Origin: Malacoraja senta
Taxonomy: Eukaryota
Assembly (NCBI GenBank): GCA_038087875.1
Contig: CM075988.1
Location: 25,174,001 to 25,238,000 of the forward strand
DNA length: 64,000 bases
Reading direction: 5' to 3'
This document shows positions 23,033 through 35,500 of this stretch, piece by piece. The translations under genes were made by a program, and so were the position numbers. Position 1 is the stretch's first letter, and each line of letters starts with the position of its first letter. The notes under the pieces are model-generated. The model had not been told where the DNA came from, made no database searches, and saw nothing but the letters and a program-made list of their open reading frames with translations.

Positions 23033-25924
23033 GCAGTCAGGCAGTCATAACCCGACTGTCGTACCAATCTAGAATCTCTCTATCTCTGCCTTAAATATTG
23101 TCCAATATAATCAGCCAATATTGTATCTTCTTAGAATACATGAGCCATTACATATCTTGGTGACTGCACAGGCCTTAAGAAGAAATTTCAGCACGATACG
23201 TAATACTCATTATTAGTGGTGGGGCAACCACTGGAGCCTGCTCCAGCATTCAACAACATCTGCGGCTGATCTCTTATAACCTTTATCCTCTGTCATCTTT
23301 CACTCCCTTGGCTTATCAAGAATCTCTATTACTTAGCCTTAAAAATATTTAAGGACTACTCCCACTGTCCTTTGAGGGAAAAAAAAGATTTCAAACGCTC
23401 ATGACCATCAGAGAAAAGAAAACTATATTTCATCTGTCTTGTCGTGGCAACTTAGCCTTGTCTTTAAACAGCGACGCTAGTTTGAGATTCTAACAGAACA
23501 TATCAAAGGCACAGAGATCTGCAAACACAACATTTAATTGTTAGCTTGACAAATTAACTAATCAATTCTACAATAATTTATCAATAACCCGAGTAAAATT
23601 AACTTACCTTTTAATTCTGATGTCCCCGATTTCAAACATCTTAATAATTCCCTAGCACCTCTTAACAGCCTGGGATACATTTAGTTTGGACCCAGTGTTT
23701 TGAACCGTTTGGGTCAGAACCCTTCTTTAGACCGATTGCGTAGTAGGGGAGGAGAAAGCTGGAAGAAAGGTCAGGGCAGGACAGAGCCTGGGGACAGTGA
23801 AAGGCCAGAGATGAAAAGACAAAAGGTGTGAAATAAGATAATGGGTGGAAAGGGCTGGGGGGAGATAGGGAAAGGTAGAAATTGCCCTGCCTCCACCTCT
23901 CTTCCAACTTCCCCCATCCTCCCCTCCACTACAATCATTCTCAAGAAGGGACTTGATCCAAAATGTCGCTTACCCATGTTCTCCAGAGATGCTGCCTAAC
24001 CTACTGAGCCACTTTGTGTCTTCTTTTGTACATCTGCATCTGGAGTTTCGTGTGCCTAGAATCCCTTGATAGTCCCTTTATGTTTGAATTATTCTTCATA
24101 AATTTGCAAAGAAATGAATAAACCAGGTGTGTTTTGTTTAGAGACATGAGTAAGAACGTGACATCCAATTTTGGTTATTTCATGAAATTGCAAAATTTAG
24201 GGTTCTCTTCCAACTTTAAGTTTTAGATTGAATATTTGGATTTAGGAGAAGCATACATTTGGAAAACAAATTAATCAGCAGAATTGTAATTATCTTTGTG
24301 CAGTTTTCCACAAAAAAAAAATGTTTTGCTATTTCAGATCATGGACCATACTCTGAGACTCAAAGATCCCAAACTATCTGCACTGAAAATTCATCTTGTG
24401 ATTAGGAACAAGGACCTATTTTGTAACCAAACATTACTCATTTGATCACCAACCTCTCTAGAAGCTGCATTCCAACAGAAAAATCAGATGCCCTTGACCC
24501 GGTGAGGTCCTCTAGCAGTTTGCTTTTTTGATGAAAGCTACGTGGGTAGGTTCAGTTGGCTAGTTTGTCACATGAAACGCTTTTTGTTGCGTGCTAACCA
24601 GTCAGCAGAAAGACAATACATGATTACAATCAATCCATTTAGTGTATGGATACATGATAAGAGAATAAAGTTGAATGCAAGGTAAAGCCAACAAAGTCCG
24701 GGCAAGGATAGTCCAAGGGACATTAAAGAGGTAGACAGTAGTTCAGCAGTGTGTGTGGGAGGAAAGCCCAGGGCATGCGAGTTACCTCAAATTGGGAAAA
24801 CTCAACATTCGTACGATTGGGTTGCAAGACAATCTGCCTACCATCAGTAGTCTGATTGGCTGACACCTGTCCAAAACTTCAATCATCTTCAAACCTGCAA
24901 ATCAATCTTGGAGAAGTTGCTGGCTATTGAGTTTGGGCAGTGTTAAGGTCTACAAAGCTGTTTGGCGTTGAACTGGTCACAAGATTTTTTAAGCAAATGT
25001 TGATTAACTTGCAGTTTGAAGACAAGAAGCAAAATTCTTCAGATAATTTAGAAAGTTGGCATGAGTGTATTTTGTAGAACCCTTACCAAACACAGTCTCC
25101 CAGGCTAGCTTCTCACACCAACTTTGTCAATGTCATCAAAACAATCAAAATAGTAACATGATATTTTCTAGTCTTTGTTTGGTTCTTTACATTGCCTTCC
25201 ATCCAGGTGTCAAAGCTGAATACCCTGGTTCCTTTGAGCAGCCTATCTATAAACAAGGTCAAACACACAGGCACGTTTGGCCGGCCCCAACCCACCCCCG
25301 CCCTTTCTAAAGAATGAATCCACTTCTATAACCAGCTGTGGATATGTGGGGTGAAATGGCAGATGCAGCTCCAAGTCAGTGGCTATTTACAAGGCAGAGA
25401 TGGACTAATTCTTGATTAGAACAGGTGTCAAAGTTATGGGGAGAAGGCAGGAAAATTGGATTAGTAGGCAGAGATCAGCCATGATTGAATGGCGGAGTAG
25501 ACTCGATGGGCCGAATGGCCTAATTCTACTACTATAACTTGTGAACTTAATCTGAATAGGTGTGAGGTGATGCCCTTTGGGAGGTCAAATGTAAGGGGAA
25601 AGGGGCAAGATCCTTCACATCATTGATGTAGAGAGGGATCTTGGGGTCCAAGTCCATAGCTCCATGAAAGTGGCAACGCAAGTAGATAGAGTGGTAAAGA
25701 AGGTGTATGGTATGCTTGCTTTCATCGGTCAGGCAATTGAGAATACGATTCAGGAAGTCATGTTGCAGTTTTATAGAACTTTGGTTAGGCTGCATTTGGA
25801 ATAATGTGGCCCTTTCGGTTGCCTCGGAAGGATGTGGAGGTTTTGGAGGGTGCGGAGGAGGTATACCAGAATGCTGCCTGTATTGGAGGGTATGATCTAT
25901 AAGGAGAGGTTGGACAAACAAGCA

Positions 25925-26640
25925 CAGGGCTCCCCACTTCTCACCTCACCGGCCTCCGCATCCAACACGTCATCCTCCAACATTACTGTCACCTCCAACG
26001 TGATCCCACCACTAATCACATCTTCCCATGTCTACTCCTTTCCACTGAGACTGCTCCCTCCGCAAATCCTTGGTTCACTCATCTCTTCCCACCCAAACTA
26101 CCAGGTTTTGTTTTACCCCAGCAACCGCAGGAGATACACCAGCCTTCTACCTCACGTAAATTGGAGGAACAGCACGCCGTATTTCACGTGGGTAGCTCAC
26201 AACCCAGCCTGTAATCCCTCCTGGGATCACATTATCCCATGCCAACAATTGGTCTATCAGGGAACCACCCTGTCTGATGTCATCTTTTGCCAGCCCTAAT
26301 TTGTCCTGATCTTTTCATGCTTATAGTCCCCTCCAACCCCCCATAATCAGCTTGAAGGGTCCCGATTCAAAATGTGACCTTCTGCGACAGAACTCTAGGA
26401 TGATCTGATGTGATGCTGACAGCTGCTGTGTGATTTGTATATCCTGTTTGTACGTATACTTTGTCTTGTTAATAAATGTTGAGTGAAAACCCCCCAAAAA
26501 AACAAAATGTGGCCTATCCATTTTCTCCAGAGATGCTGCCTGACCCGCTGAGTTACTCCAGCACTCTGTGAAACGTCACCTATCCATGTTCTCCACAGAT
26601 GCTGCCTGACCCGCTGAGTTACTCCAGCATTTTGTATTCT
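25925..26640 (+). mobile_element. Degraded Penelope-like fragments
   Basis: LRIQHVILQH..HLQRDPTTNHIFP and LEEQHAVFHVGSSQP remnants; two tandem copies of the terminal repeat at 26513-26640. Confidence 0.65.
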
Positions 26641-27570
26641 TCCTTGGACAAACATGGGTTGTTTTTCTCTGAAGTGTTAGAGGTAGAGGGAAGTTCTGAT
26701 AGTACATCACACCATGAGGGACCTATAGACATATATTGGCACACGGAGACACAGCGATGGGAAGATGTAGATCACACGCAGTCAGAGACTTGTTTAATTT
26801 AGCATCATATTATAGGACAAAGCACAGACATTATAGGACAAAGGACCTGTTCCCATGCTGCACTGTCTTATGTTCTATCCTTTAAATCGTAGGAAGTTTA
26901 AAATTCTAGCTTTTGAACTGCTCACAATGGATATTCAAAGTCCCTTGATCTCAGCCGAATGTTGTAAAAGAAACACTATTTGGTTTTAAAATAATCAAAG
27001 AGTCTAATACTTCATTCAAACTCAAAGCTATGTAGGAAAGAATGAAGGGCTAGTTGAATTAAAGTTACAGAAAGATAATTTATGCAAACTGAGCTTGTGC
27101 CGAATGCTTTTCCTCCTTTCTCCAAAATCAATTTAAGGAGAGAGAGTTAAGAACAGAGATCCTATACTTTCTCAATTAATCTTAAACAACATAGGAGCAG
27201 GTTAATTTACCAATTAACTGCCCACAGTATCATAATAAGAGGATAGTTTGATACAAAATGTTGATCAACTTGGGATCAGTGGACGTGAGTGAACAGTGAT
27301 GCTGCTAGAGTGATGTGGTTAACCACTCTTCCAAAACAATGTGTGCGTACTAAATCATTGCCCATGTGTTAAAGCATGATATTGCCACGGTATTGTTTGT
27401 AATTTTCCTTTAAACAAACTTAAGAAAGAAAATATTCACAGGAATGGAGGAAAAATTAAGAATTGTGGAAATAAAGGTTGTAAGCAAATAATTTAAATAG
27501 TCTAATATGACATATATTACCTGTGGTTGAAGAATCAGTTAAAACTGAGAAAGTCTTGATCCAAGTAAAA

Positions 27571-27576
27571 TTTATT
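27571..27576 (-). terminator. Candidate distal polyadenylation signal (AATAAA)
   Basis: Plus-strand tttatt; the minus-strand sequence downstream is U-rich; TE density rises again below ~26.9 kb. Confidence 0.5.
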
Positions 27577-29138
27577 AAGTGAAATAAATCCACATTTAAA
27601 GCACATTGCACCACTTCCAAAAGTGTACATCAATAGTTGATTAAAGAATCAGAGGTCTGTCATACAATTCACCCAATATTCGATTAGTGCAAAGTCTCAC
27701 ATCACAACAGGCTGTAAATCAAAACACAGCGTGAACAATCTGAATCGGAACATCTTCAGTGCCACTCATTTTGACGGTTTCTGGCACGACTATGCTCAAT
27801 TCAAGATTTGTCTTGTAATATTTTGTGTCCGAAGACATGGAACATAAATGCGAGATGATTTAAACTGTTCTAGACAGAGGAACTCTCTGCATCCCCATGC
27901 AAACCATCGACTGTGCTTTCAATGATTGCTAATTACTACCAAACATAAAAAATAGATCCACAGCATTATTTTCCCAAAATTTACACTTTTTTTTAAAAAC
28001 ATATTCTCCATTTATACAAAAACACCCACTATTGTACACTGTGCATTGTCCAATCTGCGACTTTGGAATTTGATATGCATTTTCTTTCTCTACAAGTTAA
28101 AGCGATCAAATATTTTTATAGTACACTGAAACCACAAAGTGTCCTCATAGGTGCTGGCTGAACAAGAGTGGAGCATGTGTATCTTGATGTGCAATTCAAT
28201 CGTGGGGAATGGGGGTGGGAGAAATCATTAAAGGCTGATGCACAAAAACAGACACTTAAGATTTGCTCACTAAGGCAGATGCGGCAGGATGATTTAAAGG
28301 CTTTTAAGCATTTTCTTGTACAGAAAAGAACAATCCAGTTTTAAGGCAAGAAATTAAATGAAAACACAGGAAAATTAAAACAAAGTAGTACCATATATTA
28401 AAAATAAGCAGCCCTGCTGGACATTTCACTCCGAGCAGTAAAATAGTACATTCAAGTGACTTAAATATAATGCAAAAAATATTGATTAATTTTAAGATTT
28501 AACACGGAATCACATTACTACCAAACAGTGAAACTTCTCCAAGACAGCAGATTGCCAAGAATCATGTGATGGATTTTCCAACTAGAAAGATAGTGGAGGG
28601 TAAACATTATTATTTAACAAAATTCACTTTTCCCTTCAAAATATGCACATTGGACAAAATGTCACATGGATTCTGATCAAGTTCAACATAATCATACAGG
28701 AGGATTGCAACCCAGGCTCCAGGTTTGTACCATGCAGGTGTACACTTTGACACTTTTTGAAAAAGGACAAATTTAAAAGTGTCAAAAAATGCTCTCATGG
28801 ATGGATAGTTGTTTAAACATGCCCAATTCCTCAGCAAAAATGTCAAATATAAATTTTGTTAAACAAGACTTTCACTTTTAGCAGCACAACACATCACTAC
28901 AATACAGGCAGATATCCTATCCTTACTAGAATCCTTACTGTCATATTTCACTTTAAAAAGTGTGTTAACACACAATGCTCTTAACAATGGGGATTTCATT
29001 CATCAATTTGCTTTCCTTTGGACTTTCTGCCCACCAGTAAATTTTGACAACAAATGTATTCAATGCATGTTTGTTAGGATTTCTTTGGAGAATTCTTTGG
29101 AGAAAAGGTTTGAAGAGCATAAACATGTTGTGAAAATA

Positions 29139-29144
29139 TTTATT
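29139..29144 (-). terminator. Candidate proximal polyadenylation signal (AATAAA)
   Basis: Plus-strand tttatt within the putative UTR. Confidence 0.35.
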
Positions 29145-29949
29145 AATAATTAGGGCAATTTAAAATTATTTCATTAAGATAGTTTAAAAATCTTGTTGCA
29201 GTTATCTGTTTAGCCCTCAACTGTCATTATAATCCTTATTTTTTGGTTCTTATTCAGAACAGAATTTGAACCTATTTCCAGTTTCAAATCTAATTATGAA
29301 AACATAATTACATGTTGTGTGATTATGAGGAAATTTAAAGTGATATCACCTGCATTAGATCTACGTCAAAGTATTTAGCAAATACATAATTCAGAATACA
29401 CATCAATATTAAAAACGATTAAAATCCGTAGGATCCTTCTTAACTACATCAAGATTGGGAAGATATATTGGGCGATTCTGTCCTTTGGTTTAAGATTGGA
29501 TATTTCGCTCCTGACCGACACACAAAACTGATTACAATGTGGTGTAAAAGAGCTTAGTCTTGAAAATACATATGACAGTGGTTTGAATCGCGTATGATCT
29601 TATTGAATTTGTAGAACAGACTCAAGCAGAGTTGCTGCTATTCCTGATAATACTTCCTTAACAACTGCAGATAATTATTGCGCTAAATTTGCAAATAACT
29701 TGTATGTCCGGATGTGGGATCTAAACCCTTTTGGATGTTCTTCAATAAGAGCAAGGACAAACAATTATATCTTATGTTGAAAACATGACCAGGAACAATA
29801 TAAAATTGGCAATTGCTGGCAGCCTTGTAGTATTCTCCAACTTGAAGTTGTACTCTGTTTCTGATGGTCAAACTACCATCACATCTCAGTAACAAACTCC
29901 AAAACAACTAATCTGAAGTCAATCCTTTGGTCCCAAAGTGATCACTTAA

Positions 29950-30279
29950 AGGGCCTGTCCCACTTACGCAATTTTTTCGGCGACTTGCCGGCACCCGTCA
30001 TAGTCGCAGCAGGTTGGCGAAAATTCTCAACATGTTGAAAATCCAGCAGCGACCAGAAAAAGGTACGACTCTTTGGGCGACGACTCACGACCATACAGGC
30101 GTCACCCCTCGACATATCGACACGTGACGCCTGTATGGTCATGAGTAGTCGCCCAAAGAGTCGTACCTTTTTCTGGTCGCCGCTGGATTTTCAACATGTT
30201 GAACATTTTCGGAGACCTGCTGCGACTATGACGGGTGCCGGCAAGTCGCCGAAAAAAATCGTGTAAGTGGACAGGCCAT
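29950..30279. mobile_element. Fold-back MITE family B (whole element is a palindrome)
   Basis: agggcctgtcccactta...taagtggacaggccat; arms of ~155 bp pair up to a centre at ~30114. Confidence 0.9.
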
Positions 30280-32503
30280 TTATGCATTGTTCTTCACAGT
30301 ACAGTCTCTAATATTATGAATGTGCAGTAATTAAGTTGCACCCGTGCTCTGCTCAAAAACATGACCTACCAACTTTAACAAGATTCCATAACAAAACTTT
30401 TAAAATTGTTTTCTCATTGTTAAATGGGAATTAAAAAGTATACATTAATCATTCATTAGGTTGAACAGAATATAATTTACAGTCCAGGGTTCCAAGTATG
30501 TTGACGCAGTGCTGGCATGAAGTGTATGGTTCATTATTATATGAGATGAATTATTTCTTTTATAAAAACAGCAGATGCTGAAAATCCAGAGGTGACATAG
30601 GAAACATTGAAAATATGCAGCAAATTGGCCAGAACCAAAACCAGAAAAGGCAGGGAATTTTCAGCTGTGAAATGAAATAAACTTTCTTGATAAAATATCA
30701 ACCACAGTTACTGAGCAACATTGCAGAAGTACATTTGCAGCAGTTCCACTCATCCTATCTATGTGTCAATTAAACAATTCTGGTTTACAAGAGATCTGGT
30801 ATGAAATTATTTCAATGATGCACACATTTACAAAAATTCAGCCGAGTTTCAAAAGCAAAATGAACGCTAACTTTTTGAAAATGTGAAGGCAGTATAATGG
30901 GAAGACAGGTCTACTTCAGTATAAGCTGCAAGGTAAATGGAGTATTCCAATGCACCCGCTCAATTGCATGCAGGGTACCAGGTTGCCAATGTACCTTCCC
31001 TGTAATTGACAAAGGGCACCAAGGTTCTTTTTGCAAAGAAATCCCTTTCCCCTTCCACTTATTAGTGAGCAACAAAACTCTTTTGGCCAACCTCATCAAG
31101 TTTATGTATGAGGCAAGAGATTGGCAGCTATGTAGTTCTGTAAATGAAGAAACTGAAAAAAACACAGAGATTTAAAAGGAAAAGAAAATCAGTTTCTACA
31201 TTTTAGTACGCCCAGCTGAGTTCTATTCCCCTCCTCCCCCCACCCACCTAAAAAAGACAATGGATTTGGGAATATTAAATATTTCTGTTTAAAGACTAAA
31301 TTATGGGATAAGACCATTTTATACTATTCTAAATGAAGGCAACTTGGGCTTGTGCATACTAAAACTACACAAGATAAATATAGGCTGATCTGGGGGTGGG
31401 GGGGGGGGGGAATAGAGGACCACAACCCTGCTTTGAGAAACAAAATAAACCGCGGTGACCGAGGTGAATGTTCGTTTGCTCAGTAACTTTCTAGTAACTG
31501 GCAAAATAAATTCTTCCTGAAAAAAGCAGCGAGTTGTGATCTGGAATTCATTATTCAAAGGGAAATGGAAGCAGATTCAATAAAAACTTTCAAAATGGAA
31601 TTGGATTAATACTTGAATGTGGAAACGTGCAGAGCAGGGATCAAAGACTGTGCAAATGAAATGAACTGTACAAGTCTTTTCAAAAGCTGCTACAGTCTTC
31701 AGCCAAATAACTTCCTGCTGTTTCGTATTGTTGTAAGGTTCAATGAAGGTGATTGTGAAATTGTATCATGCAGGAATATGCAAGGAGCATACTGAAATAA
31801 CTAATTTAATATGGGCATAACACAAATTGAGATTGTAGAGGAAATGAAGTATATTGCATCGGCCTGTTTCATGATTACGCTGTTAATAAAAAGTATATTA
31901 TTTTTGATTTTTTTTTTTAAATGGACATTTTAAAAAAGCGACACAAGGAAGTAGTGAAAGTATTAATTGCACTAATTTCACCATAAACAGAATTTTTTTT
32001 GTTGCAAAATTATGAGATATACGAAATTGCCACACTTCAATACATGATTTAACAAACTAATTTGATGTGGTATCATGATAAGTTGTCTTATAATCTTTTG
32101 ATTAACTGTTTTATCGTAATTATTATTTAGCCATGACTATAGAAAATAGTATTGAAATGTGATTTAACTTTCTACTCATAAATTAGTCTAATTTACAGAC
32201 CATCAGAAAGAGGGGTTGCAACCATTAACATCCACCAAGCAAATAACCTGAAAAGTAAGAGTTGCCTGCAGACAAAGAACACAAGCAGAGCTGTGCAAAA
32301 GCCTACAGTCAGGGACTAGGGCTGCACCACACACCGTGCCATCTTATCCAAGTATCACAGCGCATTACAATAAAGTCTAATTTTTGGTCCATATAAAAAT
32401 AATGTAATGCAACTCAGAAAAGTGCATTTTTTTGAAAGATTTTTCTCCCTGCTGCCAAGACTTCCGAGAAGAATTCTTTAACCTCTTGTTTGCAGCAAGG
32501 TCT

Positions 32504-32568
32504 TCATGCAATCACCATTGGTACATCATCTGAAAAACCATTAATCAAGGGCGCATCTTCGTCGTCAC
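32504..32568 (-). CDS. SORL1: SORL1 last coding exon (~48), cytoplasmic tail end and stop
   Basis: cttttag|GT GAC...GCA TGA; (G)[20 protein letters not shown]. Confidence 0.97.
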
Positions 32569-35500
32569 CTAAAAGAGAACCAGAAGGTGATCAGCAGTAA
32601 TTCAGTGAACGGAAACTAATCTACATGAAAACTGAAAAACTTATTTTCTGATATCCACACAAAATTAGACGATGTCCTGAATCCAGGAAGTACCAATACA
32701 GTCATTATTGGTAATGTTCCATTTTCAAACAAATGACACATGTTTTTTACATCATTTAATGTGCATTTTGAACATAATGTAGGAGGCTTTTCTCAATTTC
32801 AATGAATGGCTCCAGTAAAATGGAGTTGAGCACAAAAATACAACTTGCAGAAAACCAATGGATAGACTATAACCACCACATTATTTTTAGGTGTGTGTCA
32901 TTGCTTCCTTATAGCCTTAAGGAAAACTAGTAAATATTTTGTTATTGAACAGAAAAGCACACGCCAGTTATCCAGTAAAATACCTCGGTAATATGAAGTA
33001 TTTCTTAATAACATCACCCATTCTTTCTATCCAGAGATGCTTGCTGCCTGTCCCCACTGAGTTACCCCAGCATTTTGTGTGTAATAAAGTAAAGGTCCTG
33101 GTTGAGGATTTGGTGACATTTTAAAGCCCTGTCCCACGGTACGAGTTCATTCCAAGAGCTCTCCCGAGTTTAAAAAAAATCAAACTCGTGGTAAGCACGG
33201 AGAATGAACCTAGCGGGTACGTCGGAGCTCGGGGACGTCTCTTAGCGCTAACGGCAGGTACTCGGGAAGACTCGCTAACGGCAGGTAAGCACGGGAAGAC
33301 TCGTGAAGATTTTTCAACATGAAAAATGTCCATGAGATCCCTGAGTACCGACGAGTGGCCATTACCGTAAATCTCCGAGTTCGAATCAGGCCAAACTCGG
33401 GAGAACTCTTGGAATGAACTCGTACCGTGGGACAGAGCTTTAAGTCTGCAGGATGAAGTTATAAGTAATACCCAAGGTAACAGCTTTTCGATGCATGCTG
33501 AGCAAACTCTTACCTAGCTCGTCACCTGAAGAAAACACAGCAGAGCCTAATCGAGAATTATAGTGGCTGTTGGCAAAGGCTGTAAAGCTGTTCTGAAGCC
33601 TTCGATGCCGAACATATAGCACAACAAAGCCGATGCCCAGCACGACTAGCAGCAAGAACATCACTGGCACCACGATGGCTGCTACATCGGTGGACTTGGA
33701 ACTTCTTGAAGAAGATCGATCTGCCGCTTGGGAGAAAGACAAGCAAACCAAAAGTTAGTTAACGCTGGCTATTTCAATCGAGAGACAGATTTCAAATCCA
33801 AGTGTGGATCACTTGCAGATTGTTAACTAAGTGGTCCCATCAACAACAAAACCAAGTGACACAAGAAAAGCAGAACATTCTGCAAATACATCTGGGAGCA
33901 AAAAGACAAACCAATCCTGGCATCCCAGAAGTAATAAAACCACTCGACCTTAAATAACAGCCAGCAGATCAGTAGCAATATTTATTTCCTCTACCCTACC
34001 TTGTTTTAATGATTCTGTAATGCTTGAAAAGTATACTTTTTATTTAAAAATAATGCACTATACAGATTACAAGCATCCAGAAACCTTTTATTCCTCTACC
34101 TTGGTCTTTCTGCCTATAGGTTGTTGTTAGGTGCAGTTTGCTAATTCTGCATTACCCTGATGTTCTAGCCTGAGACGTTAGTAAAATGAAACCTGGGAAT
34201 TAATTTATTTTTCCACTTCTGTGTGCAGTCAGCATTTTTAAGCAGCTCTTCTTTAAATCAAAGAACAAAAATTGTAAATGAGAAACAGGAGTCATTAACC
34301 ACTGGCATCCTGTAATTTTAGTCACTAAATCTCGTGGCTTGACAATTCAATTTGGTAGTTCCCAAAATTCCATTAACTAATTATCTAATCCAGTTACCAC
34401 TGTTAAAGTAAAACTTTAAAGGGGCCCTCGTTATTCAAAATACTCCTCATTTGAACAAAATAAATACTTTATATGCATAGTTTAACTTCAATTTTTTGCC
34501 AAAAGTTGTAAAACTTTTAGTTTTATTGGGCTTATAGAATTTCTCAAAGATGAAGCTCCAGGTCCCATTTATTATAGAAAAATCTTCCAAATCTTAAAGA
34601 TTTGGAACTTTATTTAGTTCCACACTAATTTCCATTTGCAGACTATTGAAATGCCTTTCAAACTGTTCTCCATCCATGTTAGTCAAGAAGGTAAAGATCT
34701 AAAGGCATTGCTGACCATTTAATTGTGGAAAATTGTGTGTTGTTTCCTCCTTATGCAATGCACCAAACAATCATAAAATACAGGACTCTTTCTGGGGTTA
34801 AAAACATCAGAATTATAGATCTTTTAATTTGGCTAGGCTTAGCTTATCCTGGTTGTAAAATCTCTCTATAATCTCAGCAAGTGAGGGAGGCATGCCTCAT
34901 GTTTGCTGCAATGATAGCTGCAGTTCCTAGAAAATCATTGAAAACAGACATTCAAACCTCTTTTTATTAGGGCAAAACTTAATGGCTGGAATGAGAGGTT
35001 CCAAGTGTCCAGCCATTTTATCTTCCTTTGTAAGGTGAGAAGTGGGAGAGTGACGACTTCAATGCGAGATTCCTGACCAAGTGAAGCGGTCCACACCTAT
35101 GTGCAGCAAGACAGGCCACCTGTAACAGCTGATAAGTAGCAAAGATCACTTGCATCACCATCTCGAACAGGATGGTCATCTTCAACAAGAGAAAGTCTAA
35201 TCATATGACCCAGACCTTCAATGGCAGTGACTAGAAATCCATGTGGACCAGCAACACAAATACAACTACTTCAAGGACAGAACAAAAGAGGCTGGGTATT
35301 TGATTTTAAAATTTCTGACATCATCCAAAATAATGTAAATGCTTTCATTGGTACCCCGAATACCACCCTAAACATCAAATATCTTCACCCATGAAGAGAG
35401 GCTGTTGTACCGTCCACAAATTACATTGCAGTTACTTGCCTAGCTCATCCTCAAACCTGCACCCACTACCAGCTACAAGGACCAAAGTTTCAAAGACACG

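Larger units (their letters stand above)
27550..32503 (-). other. SORL1: Putative SORL1 3'UTR (about 3.4-5 kb)
   Basis: AT-rich, nearly TE-free stretch after the stop codon. The first canonical minus-strand AATAAA hexamers I found are at 29139-29144 and 27571-27576. The 3' end is inferred. Confidence 0.6.

Noticed and set aside
33440..33751. Standalone 103-aa membrane protein ORF
   Set aside because: It is SORL1 exon 47 plus intronic read-through.
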